Part shown: one piece after another, positions 23,700 to 37,116 of the stretch | Numbering within the stretch: position 1 is the first letter of the stretch | Layout of the letters: each line of letters starts with the position of its first letter | Origin: Squalus acanthias | Lineage: Eukaryota | Assembly: GCA_030390025.1 (NCBI GenBank) | Contig: CM059433.1 | Span: 9,052,001-9,116,000, forward strand | Reading direction: 5' to 3' | Length of the DNA: 64,000 bases | Notes under the pieces: model-generated | The model's input: only the letters and a program-made list of their open reading frames with translations | Database searches by the model: none | What the model was told of the DNA's origin: nothing | Translations under genes and position numbers: made by a program

Positions 23700-24310
23700 C
23701 TCATGGTCAATCACACCTTCCTCCTCCACTGCCCTTCCTCTGTTGTCCAGATCGATGGGACTGCCTTTACTTAATTCCACTCACGTATCTGTAGCCACAG
23801 CATCTCTAGCAATGTCTTCTCTTCCCTTTCCTGCACCATCACCTCTGAAGTCCTCCATGGATCTCTCCATGGCTTCTCCACATATTCATCTATGTGCTGT
23901 CCCTTAGCTACATCTTTGGGATAAAACAAGGTCAGCTTGCATGTACACTGATGACACCCAGCTCTACAGATTACTTGCTTGATATCCAATATTGATAAGT
24001 CATAATTTCCTCTAGAATCCCTACCCTACAATCCCCTTCTGTACTCTCCATTCCACTTACTCTGGGCCCTTGTACATTGCCCCCTCCCTTCACTCCATCA
24101 TTGGCAGTGGTGCCTTCAGCTGCCGAGGCCCCACACTCTGAAATTCCCCCCCCCCTAAACTCCATCCCCCTCTATGCCTTTGACACCCTCCTCAAGACCC
24201 ACTTCTTAATCTTTGTATCTTTGGTGCAGCATCTCTTTTTCCTCACGTCTTGGTGAAGCACATTGGAGTGTTTTTCTACACTAAAGTTACTATATAATTG
24301 CAAGTTGTTG
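23700..24310 (+). mobile_element. Degenerate L2-type LINE 3' fragment
   Basis: YTDDTQLY remnant; tail tactatataattgcaagttgttg. Confidence 0.65.
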
Positions 24311-24796
24311 TCATCATAGTCATCTTTGGCAGTTCAGAAAGTTTTGCCATTGTAAAAGGTTTTAAGGCTGAACATCCATGTTCGTTGGAAGACTATTTAT
24401 CTTTTCACTCATTTTTTTCACCATTGGTTAGATTCTTCTGTTGACTGTGCAAAATAATTAACATATCTCAATACGCAACTCTCAATAAAACAACACAGAT
24501 TCTTCAACCAAAAACCCAGTTTCACTAAGGAAATATCTACAACTTTCAAACTATCATGATTTTTGTAGATAAGGATTTAAAGTATTTGCATATAAGCAAA
24601 TACTTCCTTAAACACGGTAACAGAACACATGACCGTTCGGTTACTGGACAGGACCAATAGATCACTACCGAGGAGCACTGCGTTGTACTGTACTTATAAA
24701 TGTTTCTAATGAAACAGTGGCCTCTGCTGGTAGATATCACTTTCACATATTTATACTAGTATTCCATCTAATGGAAGCAACGTAGCCCCAATGGCC

Positions 24797-25083
24797 GCTT
24801 GCCTGGTCAAGTCTAAGTGCTCCCAATTGCTTCCCCAGTCAGTTTCTCCACCCACCAGCATTAATTTTTATTAGGAGTCTGTTTTAATGTGGCAGTGCGC
24901 TGTCCTGCTCACCAGCGTCTTTTAAAATTAGAGTCTAAATTAAAGTGTCGGTGAGCGGATGGAGCGGAAGTACATCACTGACCGGCGGAGCACAGACGCT
25001 CTAAAACACTCTCCTGAATAAAACTGAAATGCTGGTAAGTGAAGACTGGGGAAATTTATGGGACAATCAGGACCCAGGTAGGC
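24797..25083. mobile_element. Old fold-back (palindromic) MITE
   Basis: Nested inverted pairs ttccccagtc/gactggggaa, accagcatt/aatgctggt, gctcacc/ggtgagc. Confidence 0.6.
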
Positions 25084-25610
25084 AGGAAATCTTCTCATAC
25101 AATTCCTACACTGCTGGCACGATTGAATCTTTAAGCTGATGAAAGAGCCCCAGTCCAGACCATTTGCGTGTCAGGGGGAGTGGATTTTACAAATATAAAA
25201 CAACATATGAACAAGGATCAACTGAGAAAAAAAATGACAGCTGAAATGACATTATTTCAACTGCCGGGCATCTTGGTTACACAAACACTGCCACCACTAC
25301 TATGATGGAATGTGAATTCACCTACATGGTTCCTCCCAAATCTCAGAAGGGGCATCTGGTAAGAAGTCAATTCCTACCTCCCTCCCATCCCACCATTAGA
25401 AGGAAAGAACGTGCCGAAGGAAGACACGGAAAGATCAAGAGGGTTAATCTTGTATACCTGCTAGCATCTAGCTGAAAACATTTAGACAAAAGAGCAGGGG
25501 GCATAACTTTATGACAAAACCATATAGAAAAAGTAAACATGTGCCAAGATAAGCATGTTTGAAATGGGGCAATTAATTTAAATTAACTATGAAGTACATT
25601 AGTTACATAC

Positions 25611-25773
25611 CTTTCATAGATGTTTTTCAGGGTGAGATGATCTGGAACATTGTCAGTCTCTTCCAGGTATAGAATAAGCCAAGAGGTTCTGTACGGCCAT
25701 TGTTCTGTGAGGTTTATCCAAGAGGCAAGCCGGTCCCAATTGAAACTAATCTGGTTAGCCCTCAGTAAACGCC
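25611..25773 (-). CDS. KIDINS220: KIDINS220 coding exon ([39 protein letters not shown]...IYER)
   Basis: Hand translation; acceptor ttacag|GG, donor AG|gtatgt; 163 nt, phase 1-2. Confidence 0.95.
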
Positions 25774-26189
25774 CTGTAATGAAATATAATTAAATCCATC
25801 TCTGAAAGGCTTTATTCTTGAGATCACAAATATTTCCAAGACTGAAACAAATTAGAGATGCTATTTTAAATTACAATTCAAACCAACTTGTAGGATAACT
25901 CTTGAAAATTGGACGGCCACTATAACTTCTAAACCATCAATACCTTACATATTAAAAAGCATTTATATAATTTCATCCTGAACTTTAAATGGGAATCAAC
26001 TATTAGAATTGTACAAGCATCTTTTCTGCATCTTCCTGGTTAAACTTTTAAAGAAATAGTTAAGTAAACAATGGCAAGTATGTTTGCCCAAGGAATAATG
26101 TTTTAAAACCATGAGATTTAATTTTAACGTTAGCTTCATTTCACTGTAACATTTTGATATTCGAAATAGCAATTTAATTGGTGACACCC

Positions 26190-26800
26190 GGTTGTGCTTC
26201 CAAAATTCCATAGATTCTAGAACAGTTCCCGTGGATTGGAAGGTAGCAAATGTAACCCCACTCTAAGAAAGGAGGAAGAGAGAAAACGGGGAACTACAGA
26301 CCAGTTAGCCTGACATCAGTAGTAGGGAAAATGCTAGAATCTATTATTAAGGACGTGGTAACAAGGCACTTAGAAAATAATAGGATTGGGCAGAGTCAAC
26401 ACTGATTTATGAAAGGGAAATCGTGTTTGACGAATCTGTTAAGAGTTTTTGGAGGTTGTAACTAGCAGAATAGATAAGGGGGAACCAGTGGATGTGGTGT
26501 ATTTGGATTTTCAGAAGGCATTCGATAAGGTGCCACACAAGAGGTTATGAAACAAAATTAGGGCTCATGGGACTGGGGGTAATATACTCGCATGGATTGA
26601 GGATTGGTTAACGGACAGAAAACAGAAAGCAGGAATAACCGGGTCATTTTCAGGTTGGCAGGCTGTTAACTAGTGGGGTACCGCAAGGATCAGTGCTTGG
26701 GCCTCAGCTATTCACAATCTACATCAATGATTTGGATGAGGGGAACCAAATATAATATATCCAAGTTTGCTGAGGATACAAAGCTGGGTGGCAATGTAAT
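26190..26800 (+). mobile_element. CR1 RT fragment
   Basis: GNYRPVSLTSVVGKMLES, DFQKAFDKVPH and [10 protein letters not shown] by hand translation. Confidence 0.9.
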
Positions 26801-28002
26801 TTTATTTCAATATTTTATCATTCTTCACCCCTTTAGGTATTAAAACAGTAATTTGGTTCCCCAGTCCTAGCATCCTTCAAAAGACCAGCTGCTGTTCAGC
26901 ACCATTGGTTGGCCAGTCTTGTTCTCAACCACCACGACTCCCTGTGTTGGCTGCGGGCTAGTTCTCTGCTGCCAATATTGTCCTGATCTCCCTACTGATG
27001 CACCAATCTATAGTATGACTTTAAAACAAGGACTAAATTTTGTTTGCATATCTTGGGTCCAATTAACCCCTATCCTTTAACCCCACTTCATCCGAGGACT
27101 ACAGCTGTTCTCGACTCCTGTGAAAGAGAGAACCTGCTTGTCACCACCCTATGGCACAATATTGTGTACTACTGGGTTTCATTCAATTTCCATGTTAAAC
27201 CCATGTTGAAGTGGTCAGTGACCTTCAAGTATATTAAATTTTCATGGAATTATTAAGAACTCGTAAAGGTTATAGAGAATGGCAAATACCCAAGAATGAT
27301 TACAAGGCAATAATCTGACTGGGAGATGTAGAGAACATAATGAACTGTGAGTGAAATTCAAGTAATTTATAGCTGTTACTTGAACCAGAAAATAAGATTA
27401 GTGTGTTGAAATCACTCCAGGGTAGTGAACTTCACTGTAGCTTTATTCATTTTGACTCCGTTTTTTGGCAGCAGCAGCTCTCAGTGCAGATGCCAGTCAA
27501 CGCACTCGAAGTTGTTGCCGTGTGTCGATGTCCACCATATAGAACATAACTACTGAAAGTTTATCAGCAAAAAATAAATTGATTACTAGGCAATAACAGA
27601 AGTAATATGATTACAGAGAAAACAATACCATGATTACAAAGCAGGAATCCATGATTACAAAGCAGGAATCCTATGAAGGGGTTTGGAATATATCAAAATT
27701 CTACCACCACTCCACCTCGCCAGATATCATGTAGTACACTAGCAGCTGAGGAATAATGGCACCCAGACTGCAGGATTAAATATTATGGTGTAATGACTGC
27801 AATGGTCATTGAACAATAACCGACAGTTTATCAGAAAATAAGAACCTATTAAGGGTTTATCAAGCACCTGTAATCTTAAGATGTTTAGACATTTTAAGTA
27901 TTAACCATATAAGGCATATGTAGCAGATATGTTCCTAGTGTATTATTGAAAGTACATCTGCATGGAAACCACGCGAAAGTGAAAATCAAAGTTACTACTT
28001 GC

Positions 28003-28147
28003 CTGTTACGGAAACAATGTTGAGCAATCGCCTCATGGTCTGAGGACTAATGTCACTAAACCAATCTTCAGTAACCAGAAGCTTGGTCAGATCAAAAGAC
28101 ATCTGCCTTGTAACTTGTCGCTGCATCTGTCGGCGACGATATGTATC
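28003..28147 (-). CDS. KIDINS220: KIDINS220 coding exon ([48 protein letters not shown])
   Basis: Acceptor caacag|GAT; keeping frame with the next exon requires the non-canonical donor G|gcaagt; 145 nt, phase 0-1. Confidence 0.93.
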
Positions 28148-28199
28148 CTGTTGACAGAGAAAATGATCAGAGTGTTCAAAAAAATGAGAGAAAGAGAAA

Positions 28200-28740
28200 A
28201 GAAAAAAGGAGGGAAAGAAAGATAGAGAGGGGGAAAAAAAAGAAAATAGAGATAGAGGAGAGAGAGTAAGAGAAAGAGAGACAGACAACGAAAGGACTTG
28301 CATTTATATAGCACCTTTCACGACCTCAAGCCATCCCAAAGAGCTTCACAGGCAATGAAGTACTTTTGAAGTGAAGTCACTATTATAATGTAGGAAAACG
28401 CGGCAGCCAATTTGCACAGAGCCAGATCACACAAACAGCAATGAGATAAATGACCAGATAATCTGTCTTAATGAGGTTTGTTGAGGGACAGGATACCGGG
28501 AGAACTCCCCTACTCATCTCCCAAGAGGGCCATGGGACCTTTTACTTTTACATGAGGGGGCTGACGGGGCCCTGGTTTAATACCTCATCCAAAATATTGG
28601 ACCTCTGACAGTGCGTCACTGTTTCAGTACTACACTGAAGTGTCAGCCTAGATCATGTGCTCGTCTCTGGAGTGGGACTTGAACCTGAAATCTTCTGTTT
28701 CAGTGGAGAGAGCGTGATCTCTGAGCCCAGGCTGACACCC
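28200..28740 (-). mobile_element. SacSINE1-like (Deu-domain) SINE
   Basis: Reverse-complement homologue of 62688-63150. Confidence 0.75.
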
Positions 28741-29613
28741 GAGGGCTGTATAATGCAGGATTTAAAATGTTTAAGTATTTAATGACAATTCTAATAAAGG
28801 ACCCATTTTGACAGAATTTAGCCATAAAAAGTAGTAACACTTATCCCTCAAAAACTGATGATACCTACCTGATGAATAAATTGCAGTTCATTCTAATGAA
28901 GCAGATAAGATCAGAGAGCACCTTTAAAATGAGAGTCCCTGACACACACACCTAGAGTGCTAATCACTGCTGCTTGAAATCTCTCTTTTCTTCACCTTAT
29001 TGGCCACCAACCGATCCCTCGTTATGTGGACTGGATCCTAAATTCATTAAAAAATGAAGGTATTTCCTCCTCTCCCCTCTCTTGGGTCTCACTGTACATT
29101 GCAATATGCTTTGCTGAAAAGAGTAGTAACCTTCTCCCTAGCCGCCACCATCACTTTGAAGATAGCTGCAAGAATGGCCTAGGATAACCTGTCCCTATCG
29201 GGAAGCAGTTGATCGCTCCACAATTAAATATTGAGCAGAGTCAATATATGGAATCTAACATATAGCAACACCTTGTGTGCCACAAGTACTACGTGCTGTA
29301 CCACTACAAAAGGACTACCATTTTTAGTTAATATGATTGCTAAAGCCTATATTACTTTTGGTAGAAAGTTAGTATAAGGCATGGCATACATTGTTCAATT
29401 TTACTTTGATTCTAAGGAATAAAAACAAACAAACACGTCCTTATAGGATTCTTTTTAAAATACACACACACACACTTCATTAGTGTTCATTACCTTATAA
29501 ATGCTACAGAGGGTTGGAAGAAAGGAACTTAAACTAGAATCTTGCTTTTAAAAAGCAACATGAGCAGTTATCGTTTTAATTTGTACTTTAGCAAACGTAA
29601 ACCAAGCATCAAT

Positions 29614-30308
29614 AGCCCGGAATTTGCGGTCAGCGGCAAAGCAATGGCCTTCACCACCGGCCTCCGGAGTAAGCTTCGCACAAAGATCTCGCAATCTCCG
29701 TCGAGAAATTCGGGTTTTCCGAATCGCTGTGACGTCAACAGGCTGTCTAAGCAGCCAATCAGAAGGCAGGATTCTCACAGACAGCGAACCAGGAAATGGG
29801 TAAGCTCTTAAAATTCTAACTTTTTTAAAATGTTAGCGAAAAAGGCAAACCTAAAATAAAGATGAACGAACTGTTAAAGATTTTTTTTAAAGTTTCTTAA
29901 AAATTTAAATTTTTATTAAAATGGATAAATTTGACAACTGCACTAAATTAAAATTAGTTTTTCAAGTCCATAACCTTTGTTTAGCAGTCAATACCGCTGT
30001 TAAAACCCCAGTTATACCTAATCCCTTTGTGTCGAACTTTTAATGGGGTATTTAACAGCGTATTTACTGCGGAGGAGCCAAAGTTTTTGTTCGTTCCCAT
30101 GATTTGAGAGATTTCACTGATTGCCGGCTCTGTGGGGCGGTGGGTCCACAGCGTAGCCTGTGGAGGAGCAGTGAATGACAGACCGCAACTTCAGGATTTC
30201 CGCATTAGGCCGCGCATGTGCCAAGTCCTGAAGTTGCGGTCAGTTTCAAAGGCGAAATGACGGTGAACGCTGCCAGCTCGCTGTCATCAGGACCGCAAGT
30301 TCCAGGCC
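29614..30308. mobile_element. PIF/Harbinger-like MITE
   Basis: 18-bp TIR agcccggaatttgcggtc / gaccgcaagttccaggcc, TSD AAT on both sides. Confidence 0.85.
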
Positions 30309-30612
30309 AATGATCTTATCTGTATGGGGTTCTACTTTCCAATGGTTCCCAACCCTCACTCTGTTGAGGTGGTGACTTAGCTACTCTATAGTCTCTTTCA
30401 GCACAATTTAACAAAACTCCAATCTCAACTCCACTATTAATTTCTCTTCCAGAGGTGGTGTCTGTAAGGACGAAATCCTCGGTCAATACCAATTTCCAGG
30501 ATTACTGTTGAAGTTACACTGAAAATAGTTCAATTGTCTTATACAGTAAAGCCTCATCATGTAAGCATCAGATGAAAGAAAAAATAATAATTTGAATTTA
30601 AAAGTTTCTTAC

Positions 30613-30701
30613 CCTTCTATTGAGTGCTGTCTTACTGCCAAGTTTGGTCAATTCCCCCAAGCTGTGCTGGGAAAGTTTTCGATCATTATCTTCATGCCAA
30701 C
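30613..30701 (-). CDS. KIDINS220: KIDINS220 coding exon ([29 protein letters not shown])
   Basis: Acceptor ctgcag|GT, donor AGG|gtaaga; 89 nt, phase 1-0; preceded by a short 118-nt intron. Confidence 0.93.
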
Positions 30702-30819
30702 CTGCAGCACAGTAACAAAGACGGTTAAAACTTATTTGTACTCCCAGAACATCTGCAACACAGCTAGAATGGTCAGGAAAAACATATTGTAAAATTGAAG
30801 TCACTGACGAGACTCTTAC

Positions 30820-31063
30820 TTGTACAGTCTGAGTTTCCAACATCTCCATTAGATGGCGCTGCTGCAAAAACCTTCTTTGCACTACTCAACCCACGACTGT
30901 TTAGATAAACAGGCAGATGGACTATATTCCGCATATAGTCATGTCCATTTATATTAGAGTCTCTTAAAACACTGTTCAGATTTTGATTGATAGCTTTTAT
31001 GATGATATGTGGGTCACTGGCAAAAATGGCAATAAAGGGACCTTTTGAAAACAGAACACGTAC
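30820..31063 (-). CDS. KIDINS220: KIDINS220 coding exon ([59 protein letters not shown]...DCT)
   Basis: Hand translation; acceptor cttctag|GTA, donor A|gtaaga; 244 nt, phase 0-1. Confidence 0.95.
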
Positions 31064-31139
31064 CTAGAAGATAAATTACATGATAAAGTTGACATTTAAG
31101 AAACTAAACTCAAGGGCTAATATATTATCTTACAAATAC

Positions 31140-34100
31140 TGTATGCCCATCCCTTTATAACTTGAAACACATCCATCAAATCACCCCTTAAAACAGCTTC
31201 AGTTTTTCCAAGTCATTTTTCATACTTGTATTCCCCATATCAAACAGCATTCTAGTGAATCTATGTTATATTTTCTCTATTGCTTCAACATCCTTCCAAA
31301 AGTGTGGAACCCAAAACTCCACACGGTATTCCAACTGTAGTCTTACGAAGGTTTTATGTAGATTCATCATTGCAGCTCAACATTTATATTGTTTACCTTT
31401 GGCCATAAAACCCAGTATTCCATTAGCCTTTTTATGGCCTTCTCCACATGAGCTGCTGCTTTTAATGTCTTGTGAACCTGAACCCCCCCAAAATCTTTCT
31501 GCCCTTCCACATCACTCAGCTTCTCCCCCTCCACATTCAAGTACAATCATTACTTTTTCAACCAAAATGTACCTTCTCACATTTACTGACACTGAATTCC
31601 ATTTGCCACTTTTGTGCCCTTTCCACCATCTTATCAATATCTCCTTGCAACATAGAATCATAGAATAGTACAGCACAGGAGGTGGTCATTCGGCCCAGCG
31701 AGTCTGTGCCGGCTCTGTCAAAGAGCAGTCCGGTTAGTCCCACTCTCCAGCTCTTTCCCCATATCCCTGCAATTTTACTCAGCTTCAAGATTTTTCCAAT
31801 TCCCTTTAGAAGGCTACTACTGAATCTGTATCCACCGCCCTATCAGGCAGTGCATTCCAAATCCCAACCACTCGTTCCCTAAAAAAGTTTATCCTCGTGT
31901 CGCCTCTGATTCTTTTGCCAACCACCTTAAATCTGTGCCCTCTGGTTATCGCCCTTCAGCCATTGGAAACAGTTTCTGTCACCATCTTCCTCACTGCTTA
32001 CTACACTTCCAAGTTTCGTGTCATCTGCAAATTTCAAAATTGTGCCCTGTACCCTCAAGTCCAAGTCATTAATGTATATCAGAAACAGCAGTGGTCCTAG
32101 TACTGAACCCTGGGGAACACTACTGTATAACTCCTTCAATTCTGAAAAACAGCCATTCACCACAACTCTGTTTTCTATCCCTGAGCCAATTTTGTATCCA
32201 TGCTGCTGCTGCCCCTTTTATCCCATGGGCTTCAAATTTGCTAACAAGCCTATTATGTGGTACTTTATCGAACGCCTTTTGAAAGTCCATATACACATCA
32301 TCAACCGTACTGGCCTCATCCACCTTCCCTGTTACCCCATCAAAAAACTCAAACAAGTTCATCAAACACAATTTTCCCGTTACAAATCCATGCTGGCTCT
32401 CCTTTATTAGCCCATGCTTGTCCAAGTGGCTGTTAAGTTTCTCCCGAAATTGCTTCTAAAAGTTTCCCCATCACCTACGTTAAACTGACTGGCCTGTAAT
32501 TGCCAGGTTTATCCTTCTCCCCTTTTTTGAACAAGGGTGTAAGATTTGCAATCCTCCAGTCCTCTGGCATCACCCTGTATCCAAAGAGGATTGGAAGATT
32601 GTGGCCAGCACCTACGCAATTTCTACCACTACTTCCCTCAGCAACCTAGGATGCATCCCCATAGGACCGGGTGACTCATCCACTTTAATTACTGCCAGCC
32701 TTTCTACTACCTCCTCTTTATCTATTTTTATCTCACCCAGTATCTAGACAACCTACTTGTTTAATCGCAGTGGCAACAGCCTCTTCCTTGGTAAACACCG
32801 ATGCAAAGTACTCGTTTTGCACCTCATCCATGCCTTCTGCTTCCACCAATAAATCTCTGTTATGGTCCCTCCTTTAGTTTAAATTAGCTTTTTTAATGCA
32901 TTCTTTTTAGTTATGACAATATCTATCATCTTGCTTTTAACCAATTCAGAAAGTACTTCCTCCCAATATCCTCTCTTTTGTAAACGCTGAAGCAAAATGT
33001 GTGTCAAGTATCCCTGTCGATTTCTGTTTATGCTCTACTAATTCACGGTTCTCTCCTTTCAGGGGCCCCACCTAACATTTGACAATGCTCTTTTTACTGA
33101 TATATTTGTTGAATACTATACTGTCCCTTTTTTTAGTTTTTTCCAGATTCGCTCCTCTTATTCATCCTTGCTTTCCCTCATCGCTCTCTTAACCTCTTTC
33201 CTTACTTTCTTATATTCTCTCATTTTTATCATACCTATGGGCCCCTTATTGCCTCTCCAGTTTTTGTTTGTTTCTAACCTTACTTATCCACAACATTCTA
33301 AAATTTGAGCTTTTAAAAAAGGTATATATTTATTCTACAACTCTGAAATCTCTAAAAAAAAATATCCGTGTTCCAATTTACCTCAACCAGCTCACTCATC
33401 TTTCGAAAATCTGTCCCAAGCCACTCTGACTCCTTTGTTTTTGTACTATATTTTTCCCCTTTATATCTGCAACTAAACCTTCATCATATTATGATCACTA
33501 CTCCAGAAGCACTAACCCACATTAACACATCTATGTCATTACTCATAACTATATCAAGCAGTGCCTCTCCCCTTGTAGGTATAGAAACATACCTCTTGAG
33601 GAAGGAGTCCTACACACATTTTAGGAATTCCATCCCTTTTTCTTTGTTTACTCCCTTCCTATCCCAATTAATGAGTGGGTATTTAAAATCTCCTAGAACA
33701 ATAATGTTCTTACTCATCTCCCTGCTCGTTGTAAAGATTTCTTCTTCCATTTCCCTTCCACAATACAATCCCTGCAAATACACAATACAACCTCGCTAAT
33801 GTATCATTTAAAAAAAAAAATCTTTGATCCTTAACTATGTTGACTCTGTTTGAACCTCTTTTTGTGCACATCAGTTCCTTCTACAGCATGTGGTCCCTGC
33901 TGAGGGAGTAGTGATCAGTACATGAATAATTTGAAACATGACATGTAGTAAGTGTAGCATGCTTGGGAGGAACAGGTGAATTTGGACCTGTGGTTTCCAA
34001 AGCTCTCCACCACTGGGATTTTCCTCGCCTCATGTCTGGGTGTGTGGTCGACCAATTGATAGAGATCAATTGCTACGATTAGTCAGCAACTCCATTATCA

Positions 34101-35060
34101 TTGTATCATGCAGCTACTTGGATGGTAGAAGGCGAACTAGATAGACCATGGTCATTTTTCATCTAGCAATTCCTACATTCCTATACTTCACCAATATTAC
34201 CACTCCTCCTATTTTATTATGTTCTGTCCTTCTAAAACTATTATAACCCAATATGTTTATTTTCTATTTCTGGCCAGTTTGCAGCTAAGTTTCTGCTAGT
34301 CCTATTAGATCTACATCTTGTGAGACAATTGTTTCTAATTCTCCCAGTTTATTTCCCACACCAAGCAAAGCAATACGTGCATTTTCTATTTTTTTTGTTA
34401 GTATTTAACCCTACCCTTTCCCCCTTTTTTGTCCAAGCTAACATCACGTTCCTTTATCTCACTCTTTTCCTGCTTATTAATTCATTGATTTAATTTTACT
34501 CCTCTCCTCCCTTTATCCCTTTTCCCTGCTATCTTTGCTAAATTCTTTTTTCCTTTCTATATTTACCTCATCGACTTCTACCTGGTCTACTTGCTCTTTC
34601 TGATTGCTTTCCTTTTTGGCCCTTCCCTTTCCCGTTAAAATGATTCTTCACTTCCCTATTTATTCATTCTGCCAGTTCATAACAGGAAAGGAGGCCTTGC
34701 TGTTCGGTATCCTTAGTGAATAGCTCCCATCTTACCCAGAACTGGTGCCCCATGAAACAGAAATTCTCTTCCCGACACCACCTCTTTAGCAATGCGACAT
34801 GCTCCCTAAATTTCCTATCCTTAATCTATTCTAGCACATGGCTGGGGAAGTAAACCAGAAATTACCACCTTTGAAGTCCTATTCCTAAACCTGCTTCCTA
34901 ATCTCCTAAATTACTCTTGCAGGGCTTTAGGCCTTTCCATTCCTGTGTCGTTGGCTCCCACGTGGACCACAATGACTGGATACTCTCACTGACCAGAGTC
35001 CTCATCCATCTCAAAGGAAGCTAGTGCTTCAAACTTTTTGGAGAGGGTAATGTGCTCTGG
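31140..35060 (-). mobile_element. Composite of degenerate/nested CR1 LINE fragments (RT and endonuclease)
   Basis: [50 protein letters not shown]; a nested CR1 3' tail near 31650. Confidence 0.75.
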
Positions 35061-37116
35061 ACGTTGCTGCTCTATTCTGTCCCTCTTCACTCTCCCTGAC
35101 CTGTGTGTAGATTAAACTGCTCTATATACCTTATAGCTTCCTCAGCCATGCAATAAAAGTTCCATCTTGCAAATAGCATGGCTTAAACTCCCCCATTCGG
35201 ACATCTGCACTATGCAAAGGTGAAGTTGTTATTTTTTTTTTAAATGAAGCTATTTAGGTGCACATTGACGTATATACTTTATGAAGACACTGTACATTTT
35301 GATCACATGGTGCATGTGGGAGGAATGCATCAACCCATCCAGGTTTCTTGGCATAACTGTATATGCACTGGAAGCATTGTGGGTGGGTGGGAGGTTAAGT
35401 AACTTTTTGGGTCTTGGCTTAGTTATGCCTCAAGATGGGGGGAGAAGGCCCTGTATATTTGTGGTCATGTCGGTTGGGATCACTGCCCTTCAGAGTAATT
35501 GGATGAGGTGCCATGCTAGAAGAGAAGCAATTTAAGTTGAGTGAGTCTCCAAGATGGCCCAGACTGCTTGGTATTTCCACATTTCCAGGCAGAGGGCTGA
35601 TATCACTCACTCATGATTGACATGTCCCACATGTGTTTCATTTAGTTGTGGGGAGGGCTGCATTTCCTCATGGGTACCCTCCTCAGCACTAAGCTATGTC
35701 CCAGTGGACTCCCAGACTGGCTAGATGCAGGGGTAGAAAAGTGTCCTTCTGGCCACAGCCCCTCCAATGCATAACTGCTCCTTAAAAGGTTTCTGCTATG
35801 GTACAAGCATAAAAAATGTCAAAGGTGCAAAAGTAAATTACATAGAATGGGGAATATGAGTAGATCCTTGGTTGTATAAGCTAAGCTGCATCTTGAATTC
35901 CGAAGTTTGCTCATAACCATAATATAGTCACCACGGAGATAAACTTTAAGTCTTAATTACAAATAAAATTAGCTGGTTATTCAGACTGATCTTCACTGTG
36001 CATTCAGCGTTATTTGGCTTAATACACCAACTAAATGAAGATTAAAACACATTTTATAAAGTTCACTCAGGGATCTCCTATGGCATGGCTGACTAAGGAG
36101 TAGAGCCAGTGTAATCACAGTATTTTAATAATGAGTTGGAACGGCTCGTGTAGGGTTGGCACTTCCCTGGGCTCGGAGAATATGCATGCATCAATGGGGA
36201 ACAATGCACTCAGTTCTCTCGCAACAAAATTGGGCAGACCTTCCACATGGGTACTCTATGTCAGCGGCAAATTATTTTTCTTCAAAAAGCACACCAGTAT
36301 AACTCTCTCCACCACGAGTCAGCTGCTCTATTCAACCACGCAACTGGCTTCATTAAGGCCAGATCAAGATTAGAATATCAGATGGTCAGAATGTCATTCA
36401 GAAAAAGAGACATTTTCAAAGGCTAGAAATGACAAATTGCTATTTTCAAAGTAAAAATTTGTCACACCTTCACAGAGGCTTGGAAAATATTAGGAGAGAA
36501 GGCGAAGCTGAACAAAGCGAGCGCCAGGAAAGAAGCAAAACCCAAACTTGTTGGAAGTAGTCTTTTTTGAAGATATAGTTTTCTCTGCTAGTTAGGAAAC
36601 GCTTGTGTCTTCTCCAGTCTCCTTTAAGCAACTTTGGTGATTTTTTGTGATAAAGGTGAAAGCTACTAACACTGGGAAACAGAACACTGTTCCACTCCTT
36701 ACAATTCTAGCTAAGCAACGACAGAGGCCAGACACAAGGTAAACTTGCTCCATTCTATTGGAGCTCCTTAACCTCATCCTCAGAAGAGCACTTCCTATTT
36801 ATAACACCAGTTAATTTTGTCTCTCTACACAAATCAATTTTATACAAATTAGTGCCAAATACAGGCAGTTTTGTGGTGCGACTTTGCAATCATTAAAACA
36901 AGATTAAGACTACCATATCTAATTTCACATGGTCATTAACAACCAGCAAAATGAGACAAGACTTTTATGTCCATCAGCCTGGATTGGATTCCAATTCAGA
37001 TCCCAGGAGGTGAATGGTCAGTGTAGGAATTGATTTCTGAACACAACAAGTTTAAGATTGAAAGAGGCATCATAATAACAAAAAAAATGCACAAATATAT
37101 TTTTGTAAGAGCTTAA

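Noticed and set aside
27628-27669. 21-bp tandem duplication
   Set aside because: Ordinary slippage duplication with no further structure.
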